64,000 nucleotides of DNA. It comes from an uncultured Chloroflexia bacterium (GTDB lineage Bacteria; Chloroflexota; Limnocylindria; Limnocylindrales; CSP1-4). Location of the stretch: assembly GCA_963776545.1 (NCBI GenBank), contig CAVZND010000011.1, positions 99,487-163,486 of the forward strand, given 5' to 3'. Under the pieces are notes generated by a model. It was not told the DNA's origin. It saw only the letters and a program-made list of their open reading frames with translations, and did no database searches. Numbering within the stretch: position 1 is the first letter of the stretch; every line of letters starts with the position of its first letter. Below, piece after piece: positions 54,678 to 64,000 of this stretch. The position numbers were made by a program, and so were the translations under genes.

Positions 54678-55370
54678 TTAATGTCGGCGCCGGCGAAGGT
54701 GGATCAACGGAAGGGCCAGCGCAAGAAACGTCATGACGAGGTACACCCCTACGGCAGCGGCCGGCGCCACCACGGCGAGGGCGATGGCAGCGACATTCAG
54801 AGCGATCAGGATCCACCGCTGTCGGACCTTCGCATCCAGCGTCTCGTCGGCGACGCCGTCGACCACCAGCGATCGCTCACTTGCGATGTAGAACATCAGC
54901 AGGCTCAGAGCGAGCGACGCCAGGAGGACGTTGACCCCGTAGATGACGACCGCGGCCTCGACGTCCGGACCCGACAGATGGGTGACCAGCAGGTTGGTCG
55001 AGAACGGAAGGAGGCCGACGAAGAGCAGCATTAGGAGGTCGATCCCATAGGCCAAGGTGTCGGCGTGCCGCATCAACTTCGTCATCCCCGCGTGGCTCAC
55101 CCAGATCCCCCCGATGAAGGCGAAGCTGATCAGGTAGCCGAGGAACTCCTGCCACTGCTCGGCGAGGGCGGGCAGGAGGCGCCCGCCGACAGCCGGGACC
55201 GAGAGCTCGAGGACGAGGAGCGTGATCGCGATCGCGAAGACGCCGTCAGTGAACGCGTTGAACCGGTCAAGCGGCAGGACATCTGCGGCGCGGGAAGTAC
55301 GACGCTCCCTGACCGATCGTTGGACGGGCTGATCGGTCATCGCCTCATCGACACGTCGGTCAGGCTCCAT
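54678..55370 (-). CDS. TMEM175 family potassium channel (DUF1211)
   Basis: DRFNAFTDGVFAIAITLLVLEL signature. 6 TM helices. ATG 55340 is an alternative start. Confidence 0.85.
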   Translation of the reverse strand: MEPDRRVDEAMTDQPVQRSVRERRTSRAADVLPLDRFNAFTDGVFAIAITLLVLELSVPAVGGRLLPALAEQWQEFLGYLISFAFIGGIWVSHAGMTKLMRHADTLAYGIDLLMLLFVGLLPFSTNLLVTHLSGPDVEAAVVIYGVNVLLASLALSLLMFYIASERSLVVDGVADETLDAKVRQRWILIALNVAAIALAVVAPAAAVGVYLVMTFLALALPLIHLRRRRH

Positions 55371-55382
55371 CGATCGGACTCG

Positions 55383-55910
55383 TCACGCGGTCGTCTTGAC
55401 AGACGGGTCGGCTGGAGCCGTCATCGAAGCGGCGTCGACCTCGGCAACCGCGCTGTCGTCGAGCTCATGGGTCTCGGCTTGACCGCCGAGGGCGGTGAGC
55501 TCGACGGAAATGGCGGCGGCGCTGGACTTATCGGTCATCACCCCGAGAGCAGCCTTGCCCCCCTGCAGCTCGCGACCGAGACGCTCCTGGTCGTCCTTGG
55601 AGGTGAACAGGCTCCTATGGTGCAGCGCGCCAAGGATCCCGCCGCCGATGATCCCCACGGCCAGGCCGATCGGGGTGAGCATGGCCAGCATGACCCCGAT
55701 CCCGGCACCTGTCCCCATGCTTCGAGGGCCGAGCTTCTCGGTCTTGAGTTTGCCGTTCGCGTCGAGTACGAGGACACCCATCGCCTGGATCTGATGCGTA
55801 TCGAGCATCTTGGCGGCGGCTTCCTGTCCCGCCCATCGGTTGAGCCCATCGGCCGCCGCATCCGCGGACGCCTCGTCGGCAAAGATCGCCAGGACCAACT
55901 GTCGGAGCAT
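55383..55910 (-). CDS. membrane protein (DUF1269-like)
   Basis: ATG 55910 after GGGAGAGGA. Soluble N-domain, a Gly-rich TM pair (GTGAGIGVMLAMLTPIGLAVGIIGGGILGAL), then a C-terminal domain. Confidence 0.7.
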   Translation of the reverse strand: MLRQLVLAIFADEASADAAADGLNRWAGQEAAAKMLDTHQIQAMGVLVLDANGKLKTEKLGPRSMGTGAGIGVMLAMLTPIGLAVGIIGGGILGALHHRSLFTSKDDQERLGRELQGGKAALGVMTDKSSAAAISVELTALGGQAETHELDDSAVAEVDAASMTAPADPSVKTTA

Positions 55911-56103
55911 GATCCTCTCCCTGTGCCGATGGGTGACCGAATTGCTCTCTGCGTGGCGACCCAGTTCGGTATCACGCCAGAGTAGGCTCGCCGACGGCGC
56001 CCAGCGCATCCTCCGTGACGGATGACGCCCACCGACACGGAGTGCCGCGCCCAAGTCGCGGCATCGCGACGAACGCGACCTGACGGGGGCATTCGACCCC
56101 CGG

Positions 56104-57738
56104 CTAAGCCGTCGCTTGGGGGGCACCGTCGGGGGCGGCGGCACCGTCGTCGGGCGCTGGCATGCTCACCGGCACCTTCCCTGGCAGGCCCCCGGTGAAC
56201 GCTAGCGAGATGAGAGCGAGGAGCGCGGCTGCGAGTAAGCCAGCCTTCAGTGACTTGAGTTGTGCCTGCTCGTAATCATCCACGATGGCGGCCGTCTCGG
56301 CCGCGTCAAGCCCAGCCTTCTGAGCCGCAGCCTCGACAGACGCAGACGAGACGAAATCGATCCCTGAGCCAACCGCAGTCCCGACCTGTCCGGCAACCGC
56401 TTGGCTGATGCGTGGGTCGGCCTGGATGGTGGAGACGAAGGTGGTCGTCAGGCCCGCCAGGACGATCGCCCCGATAAGGGCGACCCCGAGGGACGAGCCC
56501 AGCTGCTGTCCGGTGAATTGCAGGCCGCCGGCCTCACCGCGTCCGGAGGCGTCGACCGACGACTGGACCACGAGGCCGAGCTGCGACGCCATCAGCCCCA
56601 TCCCGGCCCCGAGCACGGCCATCGACGCGGCGAAGGCGAGATCGGCGAGGTCGGGCTTGATCGTCGCGAGCAGCATCACGCAGGCGATGCCGGAGAGGAT
56701 GAGCCCCGTCCTCGTGATCGAGCGGACGGAGTAGCGGGTCGAGAGGCGCGAACCTGCGGCGGACGCCGCGAACATCGCGACGGAGACCGGCAGCATCTTG
56801 AGGCCCGTCTGGAGAGCATCGAGGCCGAGGACGAGCTGGAGATAGAGGGGGACGGTGAAGAAGACGCCCATCAACAAGAGGTTCTGCGTGAAGAGACCGG
56901 CGAGGCCCGATCGGAGCGGCAGGATCTTGAGCAGGTCGAGGTGGACCAGCGGGTCACTTCCGATCGCCTCGCGGTGCCGCTGCCAGGTCACGAACGCCCA
57001 CAACATGACCCCGCCCGCGGCGATCACGAAGAGGGTCGGCGCAAGACCGAAGGGTTCGACCGGCGCGTCCTTCGGCTCGATCAGGCCCCAGACACTGGAT
57101 TGGAGGGTCCCCAGAACGATCAGCCCGAGGCCAGTGGCAGACAGCACAGCACCGACGATGTCGAGCCGTGGCTTCGGGCCACTCCGGAGCGCGTCCGCGA
57201 CGAAACGGGTCATGACGAAGATCCCGATGACGAGGACGACCTCGCCGGCGAAGACGACCCGCCAGCTGAGCACGGTGGTGGCCCAGCCACCAAGGATCGG
57301 TCCGACAGCGATGCCGGCCCCCGCGACGCCACCGATCACCGCGTAGGCGACCTTGCGGTCCTTGCCCTCGAAGTTGCCGGCGATCAGTGCGACCATCGCC
57401 GGGAGCACGAGGGAGGCACCGATGCCCTCGAGGATCGACCAGCCGAGGGTCAGGATCGCCACGGTCGGGGCCAGCGCCGTCATCGCGGACCCGCAACCGT
57501 AAATGACGAGGCCGATCTTGAAGGCGCGCCGGCGCCCGATGATGTCGCCGATCTTGCCGCCCGCGAGCATGAGCATCGCCATCACGAGGCAGTACAGGGT
57601 GATGATCGCCTGGATGGTCGTGACGGTCGTGTCGAAGTCGGCCACCAGCTGACTGATCGAAACCCCCATGACCGTCTGGTCGAGCACCATGACGAACTGC
57701 GCGCCTGCAAGGGCGATCAGGGCTGAACGTCGCTTCAT
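56104..57738 (-). CDS. MFS transporter, DHA2 (EmrB/QacA, 14-TMS) family
   Basis: GKIGDIIGRRRAF motif A. 14 predicted TM helices, 544 aa. Confidence 0.9.
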   Translation of the reverse strand: MKRRSALIALAGAQFVMVLDQTVMGVSISQLVADFDTTVTTIQAIITLYCLVMAMLMLAGGKIGDIIGRRRAFKIGLVIYGCGSAMTALAPTVAILTLGWSILEGIGASLVLPAMVALIAGNFEGKDRKVAYAVIGGVAGAGIAVGPILGGWATTVLSWRVVFAGEVVLVIGIFVMTRFVADALRSGPKPRLDIVGAVLSATGLGLIVLGTLQSSVWGLIEPKDAPVEPFGLAPTLFVIAAGGVMLWAFVTWQRHREAIGSDPLVHLDLLKILPLRSGLAGLFTQNLLLMGVFFTVPLYLQLVLGLDALQTGLKMLPVSVAMFAASAAGSRLSTRYSVRSITRTGLILSGIACVMLLATIKPDLADLAFAASMAVLGAGMGLMASQLGLVVQSSVDASGRGEAGGLQFTGQQLGSSLGVALIGAIVLAGLTTTFVSTIQADPRISQAVAGQVGTAVGSGIDFVSSASVEAAAQKAGLDAAETAAIVDDYEQAQLKSLKAGLLAAALLALISLAFTGGLPGKVPVSMPAPDDGAAAPDGAPQATA

Positions 57739-57741
57739 CGA

Positions 57742-59877
57742 CTACACCTCACGCTGGCTACGGGCGGCCTTTATGACCCCAACAGGCACAGGGCCATCTC
57801 CCAGGACCAGCAGCCCCGTCCGCCACGTCGTCGCGATCACGCCGATGAACGGCACCACCAGGAACATCCCGGCGATCCCCGCCAGTGCGGCGCCGGCCGG
57901 GATCGCGAGCAACACGATGGCCGGATGGATGTTGACGGCTCGGCCATACACGATGGGCGCGACGAAGTTGCCCTGCACCACGTTGAACACGACCGTGTAG
58001 ATGCCCATGATCGCGGCGTCCTGCGGGGTCCCGAGGGCCAAGGTCACGAAGAACGCCAACCCAGTCGTCAGGATGCTGCCGATGTATGGGACGAACCCGC
58101 CGAAGAACGACAGCACCGCGAGGGGCAGCGCGAGCGGGACCCCGAGGATCTCCATGATCACGAACTGCGTGACCGCCCCGAAGAGTGAGATCGCTCCGGT
58201 TCCGATCATGTAACCGCCGAGGACCCCGATCGCCCGACCACCCGCCGCATCCACTTCGGCCCGCCGCCACTCGGCGAGGTGGGACGTCGCGAACGACCAG
58301 AAACCGGGGCCGTCGCGCATGAAGTCGAAAATCAGCAGGGCGCCGATGACGATGGCCACGGCCAGCCCGAGGGAACCGGCGAGGATCGCCTGGGCAGCCT
58401 GCGCGAGGGAGTCGGAGGCGCTCGAGACGAGCGGTTGCAACCAGGCGAGGACCTGGGGATTCGAGGCGGCCGCTTGCCCGGCACCGTTGCTGGCGGCAAC
58501 GACGATCGGCCCCATCTGGGTCGCCAGGCTCGCGACGGTGAGGACGACGACGACAGTGGTGATGACGATCGACACCACGGTCACCGTCCCGGCTGCGCTC
58601 GTGGGGCTCCAGCCCCTGGCCCGGAGCAAATGGTAGATCGGGGAGAGTGTCGCCGCGAGGATGATGGCGAGGGTGACCGGGATGAGGACGATCGGGACCT
58701 GGACCGCCAGGAGGACCGCCACGCCCAGGAACGCGAGCCCGATCAGGAGGCGCCAGCTCCATTGCGCAAGGCGGTCCAGCCACAGGGGCACGATCGAGCT
58801 CGACTCACCACGAGCACCCGCGACGTCCATACCGATGACGTCGACGAGGGAACCAGCGACGGCGTACCCGAAGGCGACGGCCGGGACCGCCAGGAACAGG
58901 CCCACGAACCCAGCCATCGCGGCCCCGATCGGGAGGGCGATGAGCATCGCGGGCCGCGGCATCCGAACGGCTCGTCGGAAGACCCTCGGGGCGACGACGG
59001 AAGTCTGAAGGACGTGGACCAGGATCACGGCGACGAAGATGACGCCAGCTGCGGCCAGGCCGCCGGAGGCATAGGTCACGGCGAGCAGGACGGTCATCAG
59101 CAGGAGGCCGCCGAGATAGGGGATGAAGCCGGCGAAGAAGGCAATGATCGACAGGGCGAGGGCAGCGGGAACGCCCAGCACAGAGAGGATGGCGAAGGTG
59201 GTCGCCGCGTCGATCGCCGCTTGCGTCGCCGTCCCACGGAGCCAGACCCCGACTCCCCTCAGTGCCTCGTCGCCACTGGATAGGATCACTTCACGCCGGC
59301 GATCACCCGTCGCCTGGAGCGCCCAGGCCCAGGCTTTGTCCCCGTCCTGGAGAAGGAAGAACGTCAGGATGCTCCCGAGGATCGTCACGGTGACGGCGGT
59401 CGCCAGCCAGGACGCGACACTCGCGAGCTGGGCGCCGATCCACGCCTCCGCATTCGATCGAGTCTGACCGAGGGCGTCGCCCAGCTGACCGCCCTGGCCG
59501 CCTGCATTCGCGTCCGCCTGGAGTCTGGTCAGCCCCGACTGGATCGCCTCGACGATCCCGGGAATGAGCGGCACGACTGCGACCGCGATGAGGATCGCGA
59601 TCATGCCGATCACGAGGACAGCCAGGAGGGTCACGGCGCCAGCTGTCTTCGTCCGAGACCAGCCCCGTCCGCGCAACCGCGTCGCGACCGGCGCGAACAG
59701 GACGGCGACGATCAGGGCGAACAGGATCGAGGCGACCACCGTCCCAAGGATCACAGCGAGTTCGACAACGACGACGATCAGTGCGAATACGACCAGAACG
59801 CGCCAGCCGATCGCGGCCGCATTGCTCAGCCAGGTCGGGATGAGCGGCGCACGCGTCTCGGGCCGCGAGCCGATCAT
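57742..59877 (-). CDS. AI-2E family transporter, fused tandem (two PerM-like modules)
   Basis: Two complete modules, each ending in the family block (FFAGFIPYLGGLL and FFGGFVPYIGSIL). ATG 59877 overlaps the upstream stop (ATGA). Confidence 0.88.
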   Translation of the reverse strand: MIGSRPETRAPLIPTWLSNAAAIGWRVLVVFALIVVVVELAVILGTVVASILFALIVAVLFAPVATRLRGRGWSRTKTAGAVTLLAVLVIGMIAILIAVAVVPLIPGIVEAIQSGLTRLQADANAGGQGGQLGDALGQTRSNAEAWIGAQLASVASWLATAVTVTILGSILTFFLLQDGDKAWAWALQATGDRRREVILSSGDEALRGVGVWLRGTATQAAIDAATTFAILSVLGVPAALALSIIAFFAGFIPYLGGLLLMTVLLAVTYASGGLAAAGVIFVAVILVHVLQTSVVAPRVFRRAVRMPRPAMLIALPIGAAMAGFVGLFLAVPAVAFGYAVAGSLVDVIGMDVAGARGESSSIVPLWLDRLAQWSWRLLIGLAFLGVAVLLAVQVPIVLIPVTLAIILAATLSPIYHLLRARGWSPTSAAGTVTVVSIVITTVVVVLTVASLATQMGPIVVAASNGAGQAAASNPQVLAWLQPLVSSASDSLAQAAQAILAGSLGLAVAIVIGALLIFDFMRDGPGFWSFATSHLAEWRRAEVDAAGGRAIGVLGGYMIGTGAISLFGAVTQFVIMEILGVPLALPLAVLSFFGGFVPYIGSILTTGLAFFVTLALGTPQDAAIMGIYTVVFNVVQGNFVAPIVYGRAVNIHPAIVLLAIPAGAALAGIAGMFLVVPFIGVIATTWRTGLLVLGDGPVPVGVIKAARSQREV

Positions 59878-61759
59878 TCGGCGACCGCCCGCAGGTTCTC
59901 CCAGGTCAGGTAGATCCCAGCCGCCAGAAGCAATCCCAACAGAAGCAGCTGCCAGAACGTCCACAGCAGGATCGCCGCGGCGGCGACGGTGAGGACGACC
60001 GCCAGCGTGTTCACGAACTGCTCGGCCACGCCCCGGAACAGGGCGTCGATGAAGAGTGTCAGACCGATTAGGAAGGCGGCGGTCGGCAGGAACTCCGCGG
60101 GCGCCAGCAGGACGACAGCCACCAAGGAGATGAGGACCAGGCCGATGCTTATCCCGGCCCAGACCTCCGCGGCGCGCCCAAAGCGAGCCTGACGGGAGGT
60201 CGTCGGTTCGTTCGCATGCCGGATGTGGGCCTGCGGGCCGTCCATGACGCCCTCCCGGAGGCGCTGGATCCTGAGGTCGATCGCCTCGAGGCTTGCCGTG
60301 TTCTCGGCAAACGCGCGGTGGAGTTTCCGGAGGTCGGCCACAAGCTCCTTCACCCGGCCCGATACCGTGTCGTATTCGCGTTCGACGTACGGGTTGCCTG
60401 CGAGCGCCGCCAGCTCCTCGTTCTGCAGCCGAAGCTCGTCCGTCTTCGTGTCCGTCTCGAGCACAAGCGCGTCGTTGGCCTCGACCAGTTCGGTGCGTTG
60501 TCGTTCAAGAAGCGGCAGGACCTCGGTCGGTGGGGCGACCTTGTCGAGGCCGGCGAACCCGAACGGGTCGTACCACGCCTGGCGGACCGTGCCGTCGCGG
60601 TTGAACATGGGGCCCGCGGGTGCGTCCTCGCCCCCCAGCTGGTCTCCCGTGAACAGGCCCCACAACCCTCGATACTTGGTGACCCAGTCGGGGACCGGGT
60701 CGAGGTTGACCGGTGTCCATTCCTTCGCCTCGCCCGGCCCGATCGATACGCCGTCGCCGCGGGCGTAGTCGACGAAGGGCACCGTGAACACGCTGAGACT
60801 TCCGCGCCCGGCCGAACCCTGGCGCAGGGTCCCGCTCCAGAACCGGCTCAAGGCCGCGCCGACCCGCCTGAGCGACCTCGTAATGGGCAGCTCGATCTGC
60901 AGGATGTACTCGCCGGGCTTGAAGTACGAGGCATGTGACCCGCCACCGGCGAAGATCACCGGGTGGTCGCCGACCCGGATCAGCCCCTCGCCATCATCCC
61001 AGCGCCGCCGAAGGTCGTCCCCGCTGAAGTCGTGACACGCGTAGGCGACCCACTCGGGTTCCAGCTCGCCGTCCGGACGGTCGACAGATAGACGAGGGCC
61101 ATCTCCCAGTCGGCCTCGTGATCGTCGACGCCGTCGAACGTCGAGCGGTAATCGTTGAAGTAGAAGAAGAAGCGGTACTGCAGGGCGACCCATCCGCCGC
61201 CCCGCACGACCCGGCCGTAGTAGACGTACCGTTCGTCCTCGGCGAGCGCGTCGCGGTACGCGCGCGCCGAGGCCGCCACGACGGCGCCCGGCGTGTGGCC
61301 CCGGACGAGCAGGCTGAGCGTGAAGACGGCGTCGATCAGGCGGGAGACGTAGCCGACCCGCGCCAGGCGGCCCGCTCCGGGGTGGAATCGCTCGGATTCG
61401 GGCAGGTCCTGCGCGGATCCGGCGAGCAGGGCACGAGCCTGCGTCGCCAGGTCGACGTCCTCGACGCGCCGGAGGAACTCGACCGCGCCGAACTCCGTCG
61501 TGCGAGGCTCGGCCAGGTTGTCGACCGACAGGCTCCCGGCGGGCACGAGGAGCTCGTTCCGACCGGTGCTCGGGCGGTGCGCCCAGAGCGAACTCCGGGC
61601 GACGTACTGATCGACCTCGGTGGGGAAGAACAGCTCACCCTTCGTGTAATGGACGATCGGCTCGTAGCGGCGCAGGAGCGCCAGGTCCGCTTCCCGGTCG
61701 GCGGCGGGCTCCGTGGCGGTCGCGGCAGGACCGGGCGCGGGCTGCGGCGGGATCAGGGG
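59874..61759 (-). pseudogene. Vps62-like domain / coiled-coil / C-terminal 4-TM protein, frame broken near 61085 (and no canonical start for the N-terminal part)
   Basis: ORF 60980..61546 (...YVYYGRVVRGGGWVALQYRFFFYFNDY...DDHEADWEMALVYLS) continues in ORF 59874..61193 (SVDRPDGELEPEWVAYACHDFSG...) after a 1-nt frame change. Conserved-looking sequence (LALLRRYEPIVHYTKGELFFPTEVDQYV) extends upstream to 61759 without an ATG/GTG/TTG. Confidence 0.6.
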
Positions 61760-62018
61760 TCATCGTGGCGTCGCTCACGCCGTGCGCTTCCTCGCCGAAT
61801 GCGTCGCGCACTTCGGCCTGGTTCATGAGGAGGACGATGGCGACCGCGAAGGTCATGAGGACGTAGTTGGGCGTCGCGTCGTACCAGGAGACGAGCTGCA
61901 CCGCGAGGACGATGACCGCGGCGACCATGCCCAGGAGCCAGCCGCGCGGGTGCATCCGGAGGAGTGCGATGCCGGCCACGAAGGCCGTCACGCCGACGGC
62001 CGTCTGCCGCACCGCCAC
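61635..62018 (-). CDS. small membrane protein ORF (2 TM), C-terminal tail looks out of frame
   Basis: TM helices VGVTAFVAGIALL and LLGMVAAVIVLAVQLV / YVLMTFAVAIVLLM. After ...GVSDATMTPDP the sequence turns Arg-rich while the Vps62-like frame opens. The same frame stays open upstream past 62126. Confidence 0.45.
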   Translation of the reverse strand: MAVRQTAVGVTAFVAGIALLRMHPRGWLLGMVAAVIVLAVQLVSWYDATPNYVLMTFAVAIVLLMNQAEVRDAFGEEAHGVSDATMTPDPAAARARSCRDRHGARRRPGSGPGAPAPLRADRPLHEG

Positions 62019-62104
62019 GATGCCGCCGAGGAGCGTGAAGTCGCTCCGCAGTGACTCCGTGTCGAGGACGCCGCCGCCCGGCGGGAGAAGGATCTGGGCG
62101 GAGA

Positions 62105-62308
62105 TCAGTGCCGGATCGCGATCGCCGCCCAGGCGACGGACAGGACGAGGTAGGTGACCGCCACGACGGTGACGGCCGACGGCCGACGTCGATGTCCCCG
62201 AGCCGAACCGCCCTGGGGAATGGCGCCATCACCGGCGGGCGTCGCCCGACGCGCTTCCGGCCCTGGATCCGCTCCTCTGCTCGAAGACTCATCCTCGGTC
62301 ATCGACAT
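62105..62308 (-). CDS. small ORF with one TM helix, possibly the N-terminus of the 61635..62018 membrane protein
   Basis: MSMTEDESSS...AVTVVAVTYLVLSVAWAAIAIRH stops at 62105. The following membrane-protein frame is open across this point, which is consistent with another 1-nt frame disruption. Confidence 0.35.
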   Translation of the reverse strand: MSMTEDESSSRGADPGPEARRATPAGDGAIPQGGSARGHRRRPSAVTVVAVTYLVLSVAWAAIAIRH

Positions 62309-62386
62309 GGTCCTTTTCGGCGCTCACCGGCACGGAGGACTGAACGCCCGCAGCCTCACGCCCACTGCCATGGGTCGAGCGCACGT

Positions 62387-64000
62387 CTATTTCGGTCTTC
62401 CCGACGGCGGGAACATCCTCCCCTTCGGAGGAGACGCTCGATCTCGCGTGTCGTCAGTCCGTGGAGGGTGATCACGTCGGCGCCGGGACGTTTCGACCGG
62501 CCAGAAGCGCTCGAGGAGCCCGGCGTCGACGGCCAGGTCGACGGCGTCGCTGCGGGTCGCCGCGCCCAGCTTCTGGTAGATGGCAAGCGCTTGCGACTTG
62601 ATCGTCGTCTCCTTGACGCCGAGGCGCTGCCCGATCTCCTTGAACGAGAGGTAATACGGCAGGAATGACAGGACGCGGAGCTCGGCCACCGAGAGGCTCG
62701 TGGCGCCCCCGCCGCGCACGGGCGCCCGTGCGTCCAGGAGTCCCTGGAATGCGTCCACCTCGGCAGGGAGGACGCCCAGATCGGGCCGATCGCGGATCAC
62801 GTCGTTCGCCTGGGCAACGAGGGCGCGTGCGCCGGCCGGGTCGTCGATCGCGACATGGGCGCGGGCGAACGCGAGAAGGAGCTGGACTGCTCCAGCTGGG
62901 GCAGCAGCAGTCAGGAGTGGTCGCAGGCCGGTCGCTCGAGCGAGCTCGCGACGCGCACCAGCGATGTCGCCGCCATGGATCATCAGCCTGATGCGGACCG
63001 CCCGAGACGGGACGCTCGACAGATACCCGTCGATCTGCGGAGCCGGGGTGATCGCATCGCTCTCCGCGATAGAGGCAGCCGCGGCATCCCAGGCGCCTTG
63101 TTCGGCGGCCAAGAGAGCGCGGTGGCCGAGCACGCAGTACCAGAGCGCGACGTGGCCCGCCGATCTGGCCGCGATGACCGCGGCGGCCAAGGCGGCGTCA
63201 GCGCCCACGAGATCGCCGATCGTGAGGCGCGCGATGGCCAGCTGCCAGAGCGCGAAGTCTCGCCACGAGCCGTCGTCCCCTTCGAGCTCGACCGCTCGAG
63301 TGGCGTTCACCAGCGCGTCGTCTGCCCCCCTGCGGGCCATGCCGGCGCGGAGCATCGCACGCCCGGCCTCGAAGGAAGCGGTCCCGTCTGGCGGCCTGCC
63401 CTCGAACGTCCCGCGTTCGGCGACATCCGCGAAGCGCACCGTCGCCGCCACATCGCCCGCGGCGATCTCCTCCCAGGCCGCCAGCACGGCCAGCCAAGGG
63501 CGCGCCTCCAGGACGTCCGAACCCAGACGCCGGGCCCATGCTCGGATCGTCGCACGGTGGCCGGACCAGTGATAGTGGACGAAGCCGTTGCCGACCAGCG
63601 TGGCGACGAGGTCGGGGTCGTCCGCCGCGAAGGCGTGGTCGACGGCGCGCTCGATGGCGTTGCTCGCCTGATACCACGCGGCAGCTCGCCGGTGCAGGGC
63701 CGTCACCCGATCAGGCTCGCGGATCGCGAGCTCACGCTGGAGGAAGTCGCGGAGGAGCGTGTGGTAGCGGTACGACCCCCCGTAGTCGTCCATAAGCAGG
63801 GTCGATCGTGCAAGCTGCCGCAGGACATCGGTCGACCCTTGACGATCTGCCACGACATCGCACAGCGGCGCGGACAGCTGGCCGAGGATCGAGGTGCGGG
63901 TCATGAACGTGATCTCGGCCGTGGATCGGCGCTCGAGCACCTCGGATCGCAGGTAGTCGTCGATGAGATGTTCAGTACCGGCATCGCTCCCGCGAGATCC
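62387..64000 (-). CDS. MalT-like LAL LuxR-family regulator, 5' end outside the window
   Basis: The frame is open to the window edge. Has the MalT-like middle (YRYHTLLRDFLQREL...HRRAAAWY), TPR-like repeats and a LuxR HTH (LSVAELRVLSFLPYYLSFKEIGQRLGVKETTIKSQALAIYQKL). Confidence 0.85.
   Translation of the reverse strand, partial: GSRGSDAGTEHLIDDYLRSEVLERRSTAEITFMTRTSILGQLSAPLCDVVADRQGSTDVLRQLARSTLLMDDYGGSYRYHTLLRDFLQRELAIREPDRVTALHRRAAAWYQASNAIERAVDHAFAADDPDLVATLVGNGFVHYHWSGHRATIRAWARRLGSDVLEARPWLAVLAAWEEIAAGDVAATVRFADVAERGTFEGRPPDGTASFEAGRAMLRAGMARRGADDALVNATRAVELEGDDGSWRDFALWQLAIARLTIGDLVGADAALAAAVIAARSAGHVALWYCVLGHRALLAAEQGAWDAAAASIAESDAITPAPQIDGYLSSVPSRAVRIRLMIHGGDIAGARRELARATGLRPLLTAAAPAGAVQLLLAFARAHVAIDDPAGARALVAQANDVIRDRPDLGVLPAEVDAFQGLLDARAPVRGGGATSLSVAELRVLSFLPYYLSFKEIGQRLGVKETTIKSQALAIYQKLGAATRSDAVDLAVDAGLLERFWPVETSRRRRDHPPRTDDTRDRASPPKGRMFPPSGRPK

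Noticed and set aside
61070-61100. Programmed ribosomal frameshift in the Vps62-like gene
   Set aside because: There is no slippery heptamer (X XXY YYZ) or homopolymer at the frame junction (gtctatctgtcgaccgtcc). An indel, real or from sequencing, is the simpler explanation.
1-64000. rRNA, tRNA, CRISPR arrays and prophage or integrative elements
   Set aside because: Every non-coding gap is 260 bp or shorter and none shows cloverleaf-like or repeat-spacer structure by eye. No phage, integrase or transposase motifs appear in any frame. A tRNAscan or Infernal run would be needed for certainty.

Overview
High-GC chromosomal segment, densely coded on both strands, probably from a monoderm high-GC lineage (Actinomycetota- or Chloroflexota-like, judged from F420-type DDN enzymes, SLH domains, many leaderless-looking starts and many 4-nt start/stop overlaps). 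I saw no rRNA, tRNA, CRISPR array, transposase or integrase. Many long ORFs in the six-frame track are antisense or out-of-frame artefacts of the GC content, and several real genes start well inside the listed ORF. Main blocks: (1) 3.6-13.4 kb, a DosR-like hypoxia/redox neighbourhood with a GAF histidine kinase, NarL regulator, flavodoxin, tandem USP, multicopper oxidase, LDH, CoA-transferase and P-type ATPase. (2) 14.7-22.7 kb, copper proteins: a NirK with an N-terminal cupredoxin and a membrane cupredoxin operon next to a TetR, plus PadR and membrane proteins. (3) 23.5-27.1 kb, an orphan vsr and a large LuxR (LAL) regulator. (4) 27.6-36.4 kb, a light-response island, the most interesting part. 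It holds a tightly overlapped SRPBCC / FAD-oxidoreductase / DUF1365 / CFA-synthase / unknown operon, a divergent SDR, and a MerR-type CarH/LitR cobalamin photoreceptor. It also holds a heliorhodopsin gene whose stop overlaps the start of a second CarH-type B12-binding HTH protein, followed by a frameshifted fasciclin gene. (5) 36.6-40.8 kb, a 549-bp direct repeat (a duplicated 3' part of a DUF4332 gene) bracketing a Kelch lipoprotein and a class III adenylate cyclase. (6) 41-64 kb, two more LAL regulators, F420-type nitroreductases, an SLH/beta-helix surface protein, ArsR and XRE modules with clear operators, ACC deaminase, mazEF, a TMEM175 channel, an MFS transporter, a fused double AI-2E transporter, and a Vps62-like/coiled-coil/TM gene region broken by several frame disruptions. 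All functional calls rest on motif recognition by eye and need HMM/BLAST confirmation.
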